Under the pieces are notes generated by a model, which was not told the DNA's origin, searched no databases, and saw only the letters and a list, made by a program, of their open reading frames with translations. Of a stretch of 64,000 nucleotides of DNA, positions 9,242-19,608 are shown one piece after another; position 1 is the stretch's first letter, and each line of letters opens with the position of its first letter. The stretch comes from a virus (Duplodnaviria > Caudoviricetes): IMG/VR virus record IMGVR_UViG_2706795722_000001, positions 12,965 to 76,964 of that record; one strand, 5' to 3'. The position numbers were made by a program, and so were the translations under genes.

Positions 9242-11772
9242 TGGCTAGGCTGATTCATCGACCCAACCAGGCGGTCGATTACGGAACCGTCGAGACTAAC
9301 GGCTCGGGCAACGTCCTCGGCGACGGCGACAATAACACTCGTAAGCAGTACTACGAAGATTCGGGCAGTATCCTGCTGTACCCGACCTTCGACCCGCTGC
9401 TGGTGCCCGACGGGCGAGTCATCCTCGCGGTCAAGCCCGGCCTTGTGCAGCAGAACGGCGGATCGCTGATCCTGCTGCACAACGGCTGGGTCATGGGGTA
9501 CCTGCGCATTAACAATCAGCGCGTCGGCAAGTCGCGTATCTACCGTCAGGACGGATACAGCACGACCCCTCGCGCCATCGAGGGCGCGCCGATCTACAAC
9601 ACCGGACTCGCTCCCTGGCGGGCAGTCGACATCGACAAGATGACCACCGATGTCGGCTCCCCCACGGGAGAGTTCGGCCCGAACACCAAGAAGCTTTGGT
9701 GTATCTGCAATGAGTCATACATCGTTCTCGTCATTGACGACGACGTTGTTACTCCGTCGATCAACTACCCTGCTGACGGCGCGATCATCAACACTTCGTC
9801 TGTCGACTTCAAGGGTAACGTTAACGTCACCCAGGAAGAGCAGCCGGTAGCGTGCGTGTTCCAGGTCTGTCGTACCGAGTTCTTCGATGACGAAACGGTG
9901 GACACCTTCATCGGTGGTCTGGTACAGAAGAGTGGTGACACGAGCAACTACGACTCTGTCGTGAACCGTCCGAGCTACACTCGCCTCGGTCCCGGCAAGT
10001 GGTACATTCGAGTCAAGGCGAAGGACTACCGAGGAACCGAGTCGGAGTGGGGCGATACCACTTCATTCACGATCGTTCACGGACCTCTTCCTGTTCCTGT
10101 TCCGAACAACCCTGGCCCTGATGTCACCAAGAACACGCCTTACGGATACCGCGAGGCGGTTCTCCAGACGACTCCATCGGGCGACCGGTACGTCGGCATC
10201 GACTGGCAGTTCTGTCAGAATCCCGACTTCGCCACAGGTCCGGTGATTGAGTGGCGCAACAATGCTGTAGGTCGCTACAACGCTGGCCCTGTCGGTTACA
10301 CCGCTGATCCGAGCCCCGACGTCAAGCCGGGACTCAACAGCGAGAAGGTCTCTACCGGAGACCCGGATCAGTATCTCGTTCAGGGCGAGTGGTATGTCCG
10401 AGCTCGCGCGGTGGACGTTTGGAACCAGACGGGCGACTGGTCTGCGGGACATAAGTTTGTCGTCTCGCACCCGCCCGTGGTTCAGCAGCCGTGGCCGAGC
10501 GGTGATCGAGGCTTCGATGATGACGCTTACCCTGTGCGGTGGACCTTCGGCGACCCCTGGAAGGGTGACACGCAGAGTGCCTACCAGGTGATCGTGCGAG
10601 ACCCTGCCGCGAACATCTTGCACGACAGCGGCAAGGTCGTCAGCCCGTTCACCACCGCCAAGGTGAGCATCGGCGACGAGTGGAAGGAGCAAATCCTCGG
10701 TCTGTCGATTCAGATCTGGGACAAGGATGGCGTGCCATCGCTCGTCTGGACCGGCACCTTTCGTCACTCGACCGCACCGAAGATCACCCTGCCGTACCCG
10801 GCACCGGACGAGGAGATTATCACAGGTCAGCCCGACCTGTCTTGGTCTGTCGAGTACGCGCCGGGACAGAGTCAGAAGTCCTACCACATCGCGTTCATTC
10901 GACGTGACAAGGGCACGATTGAGTGGAAGAGTGACATCACTCAGAGTGCCGCTACCACTTGGCACGCGCCGACAGCGATCCTCAAGAACGTGTCTCTGTA
11001 CCAGCTCGCACTGACTATCGTGGATACGCAGGACTTGGGTACGACGCTTCTGCGTAACTTCAGCACGAACTACGTGCGGCCTCCGACGATCTACTGCTCG
11101 GCGTACGCGACGGACTACGAGGAGAACGGCTACGTCTCGATTCTGTGGCCCGACACCTCGGTAGACCCTCAGTTCATCGAGTTCCGCCTCTACCGGAAGA
11201 ACGTCGATGTCGAGGGTTCCGAGTGGGAGCAGATCGGAACGGTTGCCGATCCTGAGGTGTGGCAGTTCCGTGACTGGTCTACCTCCGGTCCATACCGCTA
11301 CAAGTACGCGATTACTCAGGTTGTCATGCTATACGGAGCGCTCGTCGAGTCTCTCCCTGACGAGTATGGCGATGTTGTGCAGGTCGTGTCGAGTCACTAC
11401 TGGCTCATTCTGCCCGACAACGAAGAACTGAACACCAAGCTCTACCATGTCACTGACGACAAGTACAGCTCGAAGATCGAAACGAGCTCGCACGTCATCA
11501 TGGGCGGCGGTGGAGCTCGAGTGGTGTATGGTTCGCCTATCGGCATCGAGGGTTCACTCACCGCCCAGGTGCGCGGAGCCTCGCCGCTCAACGTCAAGCA
11601 GCAGCGCGAGCGTATTCTGCGTATCCAGTTCGAGATGGGGTACTGCTACCTGCGCGACCCGTTCGGCAACTACACCAAGGTTGCAATCGGCGAGATTGCT
11701 GTGGCTCGTATGCCTGGCGTCGGCATCAACGAGTTCGTGGACATCGAGGTGCCTTACATGGAGGTGAAGTAA
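9241..11772 (+). CDS. Minor tail protein with Ig/FnIII-like repeats (843 aa)
   Basis: Directly after the tape measure. Repeated WY(I/V)R(V/A)(K/R)A.D...S.W beta-sandwich motifs. Confidence 0.8.
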   Translation: MARLIHRPNQAVDYGTVETNGSGNVLGDGDNNTRKQYYEDSGSILLYPTFDPLLVPDGRVILAVKPGLVQQNGGSLILLHNGWVMGYLRINNQRVGKSRIYRQDGYSTTPRAIEGAPIYNTGLAPWRAVDIDKMTTDVGSPTGEFGPNTKKLWCICNESYIVLVIDDDVVTPSINYPADGAIINTSSVDFKGNVNVTQEEQPVACVFQVCRTEFFDDETVDTFIGGLVQKSGDTSNYDSVVNRPSYTRLGPGKWYIRVKAKDYRGTESEWGDTTSFTIVHGPLPVPVPNNPGPDVTKNTPYGYREAVLQTTPSGDRYVGIDWQFCQNPDFATGPVIEWRNNAVGRYNAGPVGYTADPSPDVKPGLNSEKVSTGDPDQYLVQGEWYVRARAVDVWNQTGDWSAGHKFVVSHPPVVQQPWPSGDRGFDDDAYPVRWTFGDPWKGDTQSAYQVIVRDPAANILHDSGKVVSPFTTAKVSIGDEWKEQILGLSIQIWDKDGVPSLVWTGTFRHSTAPKITLPYPAPDEEIITGQPDLSWSVEYAPGQSQKSYHIAFIRRDKGTIEWKSDITQSAATTWHAPTAILKNVSLYQLALTIVDTQDLGTTLLRNFSTNYVRPPTIYCSAYATDYEENGYVSILWPDTSVDPQFIEFRLYRKNVDVEGSEWEQIGTVADPEVWQFRDWSTSGPYRYKYAITQVVMLYGALVESLPDEYGDVVQVVSSHYWLILPDNEELNTKLYHVTDDKYSSKIETSSHVIMGGGGARVVYGSPIGIEGSLTAQVRGASPLNVKQQRERILRIQFEMGYCYLRDPFGNYTKVAIGEIAVARMPGVGINEFVDIEVPYMEVK

Positions 11773-13520
11773 TGCCGCTCCCGCCCCGGCCTGATATTCA
11801 GGCGGCATTCCTCGCACCCGTCGTAAATATCACTCGCCGCATCGAGATCTACGAGCAGGACGGCACGACGCCCTGGCGTCAGGACCTGTGGCCCGACCTC
11901 CTGGTCGGCGGTAACATCAATCTTGATTACGACCGAGACGAGCGTCGCACGATGGATTGCGAGCTCGACAATGTCAATCAAGATCTCAATCCAGAGGCGG
12001 GCAAGCTCTGGTACGACAAGCGGTTCAAGCTGTTCTACGGCATTCGTCTCGACCAGGATGATCGAGGCGTCAAGGTCGCCATTGTGGAGCAGAACCTTGC
12101 GGACGGGCAAGCGTTCGAGCTCAAGAAGCATCTGTCCGCGAATGGGATTAGCGAGGTTCACTACCTCCCTACGGCTACGGAATATGAGCAGGTCGAGAAC
12201 TATGACGTGCTAGTGGCGGTTTCGAGCACCCAGTTGCAGAAGACTCAGTTCCTGAGCCAGTGTTACAACAGGGGCAAGGGAATCGTGACGTTCTCGATGG
12301 ATCAAGCGTTCGGGTCGTTGCCCGCGCTCATCGGGAACGCGGGCACGGGCACCGTCGTATCGGGCGGTGATCGCGTCTACGCTCCATCGGCTACCGGTTC
12401 GGGTGTGTCGATAGGGTGGGACGATTGGAGTACGGATTCGGACACTCCGTATCGTAAGATTCTAGCACCAGCGTCTGGTGCAAAGATCGCCGCGATCATG
12501 GAGGACGACAACGGTCAGTCTGTGAGCGCGGTATCCCGCGAGGACACAGACGGTCGACGATGGGTACACTGTGTGGCATCAGACTTCACCGAGGATGCAC
12601 TGCCGGATGGGTACGAAGAGTTCGGAAGGTTTGTCAGCAGGGCAGTTACTTGGACGTCTGCTTACGAGGCGCTCGAGGAATGGGAGATTCAGCTCGGCGA
12701 GTTCATGGCCGACTCTATCTCACTGGGGCAGTCGTACTCGACTATCTCGGTCAACGGCCGGGACTTGACAAAGATGTGCCAGCAGTCGAAGTTCGTAGTC
12801 TCGACGACATTCAAGGCGAAGACGCCTATCGAGAGTGTTATCAAGACTGTGGCAACGAATGCAGGTATCTCAAAGTTTAAGCTACCCATCACAGACAAGA
12901 TCCTTGACAAGGACATGACCTGGGAGCGTGGAACCTCCCGTTGGGATGTGATTCGAGATGTTTCACACAGCAACAATTATGAGGTATTCTTCGATAACGA
13001 AGGTTACCTGTTCATGCGCGAGTTTCGCGATCCACTCCTCACTCCGCCTACTCTTGAGCTTAGCGCTGGTTTGGGAGGTAATCTCATCTCGCGTGGAGGG
13101 AAGACCTCTGACAGCCAGCTTTTTAATCATATCGTTGTTGTTGGTGAATCTTCTGATTCATCGACTCCACCTGTGTATGCAGAGGCGATTAATACTACGC
13201 CGACTTCACCTACAAGCGTTGCCGAGATCGGTGATCGCGTAGCTGTTACAACCCTCAGCATGATTACTACAATTCAGCAGGCACAGAAGTATGCCAACAC
13301 CCTCCTGGCCGTGTCGGCACTCGAGGAGTTTGAGCTTGACTTCGAGGCAACTATGCTTCCCTGGATTGAGGCTGGCGACATCTTGGAGATGAAGAGGTCG
13401 GATAGCCGTTACTGGGGACCGGATCGGTACCTACTTACGAATCTGTCATTTCCCTTAGATCTGACGCCTATGTCTGGCAATGGGAAACGAATCGAAAAGG
13501 TAGAGGCGGCTGATAGCTAA
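11772..13520 (+). CDS. Minor tail / baseplate hub-like protein (582 aa)
   Basis: Position. LGEF..D.I.....ISVNGRDL and FFDNEGY motifs typical of hub-type tail proteins. Confidence 0.75.
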   Translation: MPLPPRPDIQAAFLAPVVNITRRIEIYEQDGTTPWRQDLWPDLLVGGNINLDYDRDERRTMDCELDNVNQDLNPEAGKLWYDKRFKLFYGIRLDQDDRGVKVAIVEQNLADGQAFELKKHLSANGISEVHYLPTATEYEQVENYDVLVAVSSTQLQKTQFLSQCYNRGKGIVTFSMDQAFGSLPALIGNAGTGTVVSGGDRVYAPSATGSGVSIGWDDWSTDSDTPYRKILAPASGAKIAAIMEDDNGQSVSAVSREDTDGRRWVHCVASDFTEDALPDGYEEFGRFVSRAVTWTSAYEALEEWEIQLGEFMADSISLGQSYSTISVNGRDLTKMCQQSKFVVSTTFKAKTPIESVIKTVATNAGISKFKLPITDKILDKDMTWERGTSRWDVIRDVSHSNNYEVFFDNEGYLFMREFRDPLLTPPTLELSAGLGGNLISRGGKTSDSQLFNHIVVVGESSDSSTPPVYAEAINTTPTSPTSVAEIGDRVAVTTLSMITTIQQAQKYANTLLAVSALEEFELDFEATMLPWIEAGDILEMKRSDSRYWGPDRYLLTNLSFPLDLTPMSGNGKRIEKVEAADS

Positions 13521-15451
13521 TGGCTACAGGCTTTGGCGAATGGGCGAACACAGTTCAGGCTCATAAGGTTATCACCCAGATTGCGGCCAACGAGGTTAAT
13601 CGCCTTCGGCCCGCGTCTCGTCTGGCCGAGGTAACTTCGATTGACACGCTCGACAAGTCGGTCATGGTTAAGTTTGTCGGCGAGAGCAACGAGGTTCGTG
13701 TACCATATACCTCCACTTCTCCTGCGAACACCGGCCAGTACGTCCGCGTCGGCGGGACAATGCACGACAGGCATGTTGAGGATGTCGTAGGAACTACGGC
13801 GACCGAGGCGCGCCTTGCCGACACCGAGAATCACGTTGACTCGCTCATGTCCAGCATCCTGGGTAACGAGTGGGCGAGCGAGGACGATGGAGAGTCGGGA
13901 AGCTTTATAGACCGCATCACCAACTTCTTTGGTGGCCTCGGTGGCAATAACGAAGATCTGCTCAGCCTCATTGGGGCGCTTGCGGACAACCCGCTCGGCA
14001 CGATCAATGACGCCAAGAACAAGATCAAGAGTATGCTGGAGTCGGCATTCGGTCTGATCGACCCGAGTCGAATCCCGCTGCTGCCTGCCTCGCACATCGG
14101 CAAGGCCGAGCCTGACATCCTGGCGAACTACACTTTTGACAGTGCGATCACCATCGACACCACTGGAGCTTGGGAGTGGGACGAGACGGTCGGCCACAGC
14201 GCGCCTGGTTCCGCTCGAACCATCGGAAACGGAACCAGGCGTGTTCTGACTTCGGTCCCCATCAAGGTGGACAAGCTACAGAAACTCGATGTAGCCGGGT
14301 GGGTGAAGTGGCAGAGTGTCACTGCCGTCGGTAACGCTTTTCAGATTGTCATTCTCGCGTCCGACGACATCTCGCCTGTGTCAGAGACTGTGGTCCAGTC
14401 GATCACCAATCCGGCAGCGAATGGTGACTGGACCAAGATGTCTGGCCAGTATGTGGTGCCCGAAGGCATCACGTCAGTCCGAGTCAGGCTTGTTGTTACC
14501 TCGACGACCACTGTCGGCACAGTCTGGTTCGATGACATGTCGATGAGCAAGATCAACGAGGTCCGACAGGGTCTCATCGAGAACCTTATCCCCGATCTGT
14601 CTGGACTGTGGGGCAACTTCACGAGTGTCTTCGAGAAGATAACCGGAGTCCTCGGCGCGGGGCCGATGCAGCTACAGCAGTGGATTGGACAGCTCAAGAA
14701 CATTCTGTCGGGGGTCGCCATCCCTGGCGGGGACCTGTTTCCGACTCTGTCGCAAGCGATCAACGGTGCGATCAGTAACGTTCAGACGTTTTCCCAGAAT
14801 CTGCTCAACGGCATCCTCAGTGGCATCCGAAAGATTCCGGTTGTTGGCGGCTCGATTGCAGATGTCATTTCGGAGCTCACTGGACTCAAAGACACCACCC
14901 AGACGGCGGTGGATGCTGCAGGAACTGCGCAGACGACTGCTGACATGGCGCATGTCGCGGCAGACAATGCGGTCTCGACTGCAGTTGATACCGTCAAGCA
15001 GGGACTCAACAACGCGGGTCCGCAGGCAGCTCCGATTCAGAGTGCACTCAAGTCGTTCATTGACCTTATCTTCGGTTCGGGTACCTCGTCCGGATCGACT
15101 CCGATTGTTCGGTGGTCGCAGGAGGTTCTGCTCTGTTCGAGTCCGGTGATCGTGGGCTTCAATGACATTCCGCTTGGATTCCAGTCCCCGTACGGCGCAA
15201 CCATTACTTCGATCAACGCGCGCACATCTGACCACCTCAGCACCGGGGCCGGATCGAAGGTTGTCATGCAGATTCGCAAGAACGGCACGACGATCCACAC
15301 GATTACCTGGAACGGCGGCAGCAACACTTACAACTCGGGAGCGCTGAATCTTACCGGAATCAACGTTAACGACGTGATTACCTTCTATGTCACTGAGGCC
15401 AGTTCGCAGATGGCTAACATGTCGGTGACAGTGGCAGGGAAGTACAACTAA
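13520..15451 (+). CDS. Minor tail protein with probable carbohydrate-binding beta-sandwich (643 aa)
   Basis: Position. The WTKMSGQYVVPEG...VRVRL...GTVWFDD motif is typical of CBM-like domains in actinophage tail proteins. Confidence 0.7.
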   Translation: MATGFGEWANTVQAHKVITQIAANEVNRLRPASRLAEVTSIDTLDKSVMVKFVGESNEVRVPYTSTSPANTGQYVRVGGTMHDRHVEDVVGTTATEARLADTENHVDSLMSSILGNEWASEDDGESGSFIDRITNFFGGLGGNNEDLLSLIGALADNPLGTINDAKNKIKSMLESAFGLIDPSRIPLLPASHIGKAEPDILANYTFDSAITIDTTGAWEWDETVGHSAPGSARTIGNGTRRVLTSVPIKVDKLQKLDVAGWVKWQSVTAVGNAFQIVILASDDISPVSETVVQSITNPAANGDWTKMSGQYVVPEGITSVRVRLVVTSTTTVGTVWFDDMSMSKINEVRQGLIENLIPDLSGLWGNFTSVFEKITGVLGAGPMQLQQWIGQLKNILSGVAIPGGDLFPTLSQAINGAISNVQTFSQNLLNGILSGIRKIPVVGGSIADVISELTGLKDTTQTAVDAAGTAQTTADMAHVAADNAVSTAVDTVKQGLNNAGPQAAPIQSALKSFIDLIFGSGTSSGSTPIVRWSQEVLLCSSPVIVGFNDIPLGFQSPYGATITSINARTSDHLSTGAGSKVVMQIRKNGTTIHTITWNGGSNTYNSGALNLTGINVNDVITFYVTEASSQMANMSVTVAGKYN

Positions 15452-16803
15452 TGTCAAACCTACTGAGGCCCTCGATTAACACTCGAGGTGGCGCAGACCC
15501 GGCGCTATGGGAGAAGCCTGTCAACCAGGCAAGTAAGTGGCTGTGCGCCAGGTCAGGAAGTACTCCATCCGGTAAGCCGCCTATGCGCTTGCTCCAGGAG
15601 GGTGGGTCCATCACCGTCGAGAATAACAGCTCACAGGAGTTCTTGATCTCGGTCTTCCTTGGTGATGGCGGATCGGCCAACCTGGGCGGCGCATCCGGCA
15701 ATAGCACGGTTCAGATCAGTCGTGCCGGGTCAACTATTACTGTTAAGTGTCAAGCACAGAAGGGTACTAACGGAACTCAGACTTTCACCACATCTGTCGG
15801 AGCAGATAGGTGGTCCAATATATATCTCAAGTGCAACAAATACGGCGCGTTCAGCGATCAGGTCCGAGTCACTGCCATGTGTGACTTCAACGAGACTAAG
15901 CAATTGATCGCAACAGGCTCGTTCTTGGGTGAAACCTTTGTCACGAACGGCAAAACTTTCACAGCCAACTCGCTTTCGGGGTGGGCCTGGATCGCCTCCA
16001 CCACTGGTGGATTCTGGGGAATGTTCGGACAGTCGTCTGTTCCGATTACCGATGTTAAGTATCGAGAGGCGTTTATCAACAACGCCACTTGGGATCTCGA
16101 CATCAACACCAGCCAGCACGATTGGCAGCGTCCTGCGGACCTCAAGACTATGCGCGCTTGGATCATTCAAGCTGGCGGTGGCCCAGGAGGTCCAGGTGGT
16201 AATGGTGGTGACGGCGGCGACGGCCGACAGGGTGATAACGTTCAGCCGCGAGGTTGTACTTCCGGCTCTAGCGGCGCCTCGGGTGGCCCAGGCGGCAAGG
16301 GTGGCCCAGGTGGACAGAATGGCTCTCCAGGGCAGAACGGGTCAGCTGGCTCAAGCGGTGGGTTTGGCGGCATGGCCTCATTCAGTCCTAACACCGGCAA
16401 CCCTGAAGATTACACATCTTGTAGCCCGGGCTCTGCCGGTTCCGGTGGTTCGGGTGGCTCCGGTGGCGCAGGCGGTCTAGGTGGGCGAGGTAGGGTGAAG
16501 CAAGTTGCATTCACGCAGGCTGTTGTGCCATGTCGAGTAGGCGTTAGGGGGTCGACAGGTGCGCCCGGTACGCGCGGAACCGACGGCAGCGACGCTGGTA
16601 CGTTCTCAAGCCCGTCCTCTGGTGGGCCAGGTGGGGACGGCAGTCCCGGCGGTCCCGGTGGAGCTACCTACTTTGGCAACGAGGATACAATTGACGCTAC
16701 CGACATCTCGACGCCTACAATTAAGTTCGGAGCCACTGAGTTTGAGCACGGCTGTGGTGGCCCAGGACAGGACGGCGGCGTCGTCCTGTATCTCATCTGG
16801 TAA
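15451..16803 (+). CDS. Glycine-rich minor tail protein (450 aa)
   Basis: Long GxxGxx runs. Position in the tail-tip cluster. Confidence 0.75.
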   Translation: MSNLLRPSINTRGGADPALWEKPVNQASKWLCARSGSTPSGKPPMRLLQEGGSITVENNSSQEFLISVFLGDGGSANLGGASGNSTVQISRAGSTITVKCQAQKGTNGTQTFTTSVGADRWSNIYLKCNKYGAFSDQVRVTAMCDFNETKQLIATGSFLGETFVTNGKTFTANSLSGWAWIASTTGGFWGMFGQSSVPITDVKYREAFINNATWDLDINTSQHDWQRPADLKTMRAWIIQAGGGPGGPGGNGGDGGDGRQGDNVQPRGCTSGSSGASGGPGGKGGPGGQNGSPGQNGSAGSSGGFGGMASFSPNTGNPEDYTSCSPGSAGSGGSGGSGGAGGLGGRGRVKQVAFTQAVVPCRVGVRGSTGAPGTRGTDGSDAGTFSSPSSGGPGGDGSPGGPGGATYFGNEDTIDATDISTPTIKFGATEFEHGCGGPGQDGGVVLYLIW

Positions 16804-16817
16804 CAAAGGAGAAAGTA

Positions 16818-17363
16818 ATGCTTCGTCCGCTTATTGAGGTTTCGTCTAACTACCCGTCGAATCCGTCTTACTTGATTCGGAAGTTCTGGATAGCGGATGG
16901 CTGGATCGAAGATAGTGGTGATCTTGCGTGGCAGTATTACGAACTGGTTAATGAAGCTCGAGATCATCTCGGACAGTCGTTCTGGATTTCGTATGGTCGC
17001 GGCAGAAGTCTTTCCGACTTCTGGGGGCCTGGAACTGACAGTCAGTTGATATTTACCAACGGCTCTAATCCTCCGAACGACGACGACGTCTTGGAGCAGT
17101 TGGGGTTTGAGGTTGTCACGGGAACTGCAACCCCCGCCGCGGAACCCGAGCTTCATCTCGTCGGAAGTGTCGCAACCCAGTCCGTGCTTCCTGCGACTGG
17201 AGAGCCGATGGGTATCTACTCAACCCGAGACGATCTTTCGGTGATCTACGGATTCTGGACTAACGCGAGAGGGGACCTCGACGGCATAGCTTCATGGGCC
17301 CAAGGAACCTGGGATGAGCTTATTACGCTGTTTCCCAATCCTGTGTTTCCTCAACTAGATTAA
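16818..17363 (+). CDS. Hypothetical protein in tail cluster (181 aa)
   Basis: AAGGAG RBS upstream. Tiles between tail genes. Confidence 0.7.
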   Translation: MLRPLIEVSSNYPSNPSYLIRKFWIADGWIEDSGDLAWQYYELVNEARDHLGQSFWISYGRGRSLSDFWGPGTDSQLIFTNGSNPPNDDDVLEQLGFEVVTGTATPAAEPELHLVGSVATQSVLPATGEPMGIYSTRDDLSVIYGFWTNARGDLDGIASWAQGTWDELITLFPNPVFPQLD

Positions 17364-17372
17364 GGTAGACTG

Positions 17373-18413
17373 ATGCCAGTAGGCTGGAGTACTGATGGAC
17401 CCCCTCCCTGGGTGCCTCAGCCCATTCGAGGGTGGGCTGATGTTCCTCAGCTCGCAGGTGTGGACGCAGGTCGTGGCACCGACCTTGCGGTTGTAGAGGC
17501 GAACCTTGTTGTCCCTGAGTATGCTCGTGGAACAGACCTCGCGATAGTTAAGTCTAAGATTACAGTCATCGACCTCGGGCGTGGCACGGATCGAGTTACC
17601 GTTAAGGGTAAGCTTGTCGTGCCAGACCTCGGGCGTGGACGCGATTACGCAACCACTGGAATCCGGCCAGTAGAGGGAGGGCGTGGCACAGATCTTCATG
17701 TCGTTAAGGGTGTCATTACCGTTAACGAGTATGGGCGTGGCACTGACCTGGGCATCTTTAACAAGGCTGCGCTCGGAGAAGTTCGTAGCGGGGGCAGGGC
17801 CACTGATACCGGAGTGGTTGTCTTTTCGCCCTGGGATGCGACAGGAAGCTACACCCAGACCAGTGCTGTCAACCTTAAGATTCCAGTTCAGTGTCGATTC
17901 ATAGACCTCATAGCTATCGGCGCTGGCGGTGGCGGGCAGGGTGCAGGATGGGCTATCGACGGCAAGGGCGGAGGCGGCGGAAACTTTGCGTACGTCACGC
18001 TCGAACGCGGTGTGCACATACCCTGGACAGCAATTGCTATTACCGTTACGGTAGGCGCTGGCGGTGCGCGTGGCTCCGGTGGCGCAATTCCAGGCTCGGG
18101 AAGCACGGGCGGAAATACTGTCATCACAGTCGAGGGGTATGGAACACTTACGGCAAATGGTGGACAGAGTGGCGGCGACCGAGGGGTAAGCAATGGCTCT
18201 CGTCCCGGCGGCGGTGTGCTCGGAGGCAACGTCAACACTGCGGGAAGTACCCAGAACGCGCTCGACTTGAACGGTAAGCGATACACTGGAGCGGGAGACC
18301 ACTCGAGTACGACAGCGCCAACGCCTGGCGCTGGCGGATACGGTGGCGCAGTCTTCTCTGGCAACGGCAACGCGGGGGCAAACGGCATGGCTTGGGTAAG
18401 GTGCTGGCGATGA
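17373..18413 (+). CDS. Minor tail protein with N-terminal RGTD repeats and a C-terminal glycine-rich domain (346 aa)
   Basis: Seven (G/A)R(G/A)(T/R)D units, then a GAGGGG...GGGGNF glycine-rich tail domain. Confidence 0.75.
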   Translation: MPVGWSTDGPPPWVPQPIRGWADVPQLAGVDAGRGTDLAVVEANLVVPEYARGTDLAIVKSKITVIDLGRGTDRVTVKGKLVVPDLGRGRDYATTGIRPVEGGRGTDLHVVKGVITVNEYGRGTDLGIFNKAALGEVRSGGRATDTGVVVFSPWDATGSYTQTSAVNLKIPVQCRFIDLIAIGAGGGGQGAGWAIDGKGGGGGNFAYVTLERGVHIPWTAIAITVTVGAGGARGSGGAIPGSGSTGGNTVITVEGYGTLTANGGQSGGDRGVSNGSRPGGGVLGGNVNTAGSTQNALDLNGKRYTGAGDHSSTTAPTPGAGGYGGAVFSGNGNAGANGMAWVRCWR

Positions 18414-18718
18414 GCGAGGAAGATCGCCTTGAGATGGCAGCCGCCGAAGGTGACGGAGGCTTCAATCCAGATGATTACCAGTCGCCCCCCCCGCACGACG
18501 GCGTCTGGTCGGACAACTTCATAATCAACAAAGCCTGGGTAAACGGGGTTACTACTTCTTGGAGGAATATTCCGAACTCAGGCGGACTCAAAATCAGGCG
18601 CGTTGTTAAGGTTATCTACATCAAGGACGACGCTACTGCTTACATGGCTTCATACAGAATCGAACAGACGGCCCTCTACTATGACGTAGAGGTCTACATC
18701 GCAGAGAGGATTTCATAA
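18410..18718 (+). CDS. Hypothetical protein (tail cluster)
   Basis: ATGA overlap with the upstream gene. ATG at 18410 is in the frame of track ORF 18392..18718. Confidence 0.65.
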   Translation: MSEEDRLEMAAAEGDGGFNPDDYQSPPPHDGVWSDNFIINKAWVNGVTTSWRNIPNSGGLKIRRVVKVIYIKDDATAYMASYRIEQTALYYDVEVYIAERIS

Positions 18719-19083
18719 TGCCCGCAGAATACGAGGACGCTCATCTCATTGCGGCGGCTACCGCTGTCACCAACCTCGGCAACAGGATCGGCCTGTTCTA
18801 CGGCAATACCCGAGTCGGAACAGCCTACACGGATACGACCTGGGGCACAGCTACCGCTGTGACCGATGGCGGCATCCGCAAGGGTCGTCGCCCCGGCAGC
18901 AATGTTACGATCTCGGTTCCGGCCAGCACGGTGCCGAACGGGACGGTGATCGACAAGTACGGAGTCTTCAACGGCACCACACTTCTCCGCAAGGTGCCAC
19001 TCACAGTCTCGCAGGTGGTGAACGACGGCTCGCAGGCATTCAGTATTGATGTGACGCCCGTCTACCTCTTCGAGGGTGTTTAA
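18718..19083 (+). CDS. Hypothetical, probable tail-associated protein (121 aa)
   Basis: TAATG overlap. Beta-rich sequence. Last gene before the lysis cassette. Confidence 0.7.
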   Translation: MPAEYEDAHLIAAATAVTNLGNRIGLFYGNTRVGTAYTDTTWGTATAVTDGGIRKGRRPGSNVTISVPASTVPNGTVIDKYGVFNGTTLLRKVPLTVSQVVNDGSQAFSIDVTPVYLFEGV

Positions 19084-19115
19084 GTGGTACCAGCATTTGC
19101 TTTCACAGGCAATGC

Positions 19116-19144
19116 TTGACCATTATAAGCTTCAAGTGTAAGAT
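19116..19144 (+). promoter_or_regulatory. Sigma-A-type promoter upstream of the lysis cassette
   Basis: TTGACC-17 nt-TAAGAT, followed by AGGAGG RBS and the holin ATG. Confidence 0.6.
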
Positions 19145-19168
19145 ACAACCCTGACACAGGAGGTAGAC

Positions 19169-19606
19169 ATGACCACGAATCAAGTCCCCGGCACGCAGAC
19201 CGTAGTGCCCCCGAACGTCTTCCAGATCCGGTCGAAGAACGACCTGATCACCCTGCTCTACTGGATCGTCCCGCTCACCTCGGCGGCGCTGGTTTCCTAC
19301 GGCGTGGTGCAGGACAGCGACGCGACCCTCTGGGCAGGCGTCGTGACTGGCGCGCTGCAGCTGGTTCTCCAGTTCGCGCGCACGCAGGACTACGCCCGCA
19401 AGGCCATCTACACCGTGCTGAACCTCGCGAACACCGTCCTGATCGCCTACGTGGCAGGCTGGAATCCCGACGCGCTGACTCACGTGATGCCGATCCTCAC
19501 CCTGATCCTGGGTGGCGCACCGGCTGCGCTGGCCACCCAGAACGTGAACAACTCGGGCGACGAGGGTCGCGAGTTCTACGTCGGTGAGCACCGGGCTGGC
19601 GAGTAG
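19169..19606 (+). CDS. Holin-like membrane protein (145 aa)
   Basis: About four hydrophobic segments. First gene of the lysis cassette. Strong RBS. Confidence 0.7.
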   Translation: MTTNQVPGTQTVVPPNVFQIRSKNDLITLLYWIVPLTSAALVSYGVVQDSDATLWAGVVTGALQLVLQFARTQDYARKAIYTVLNLANTVLIAYVAGWNPDALTHVMPILTLILGGAPAALATQNVNNSGDEGREFYVGEHRAGE

Positions 19607-19608
19607 TC

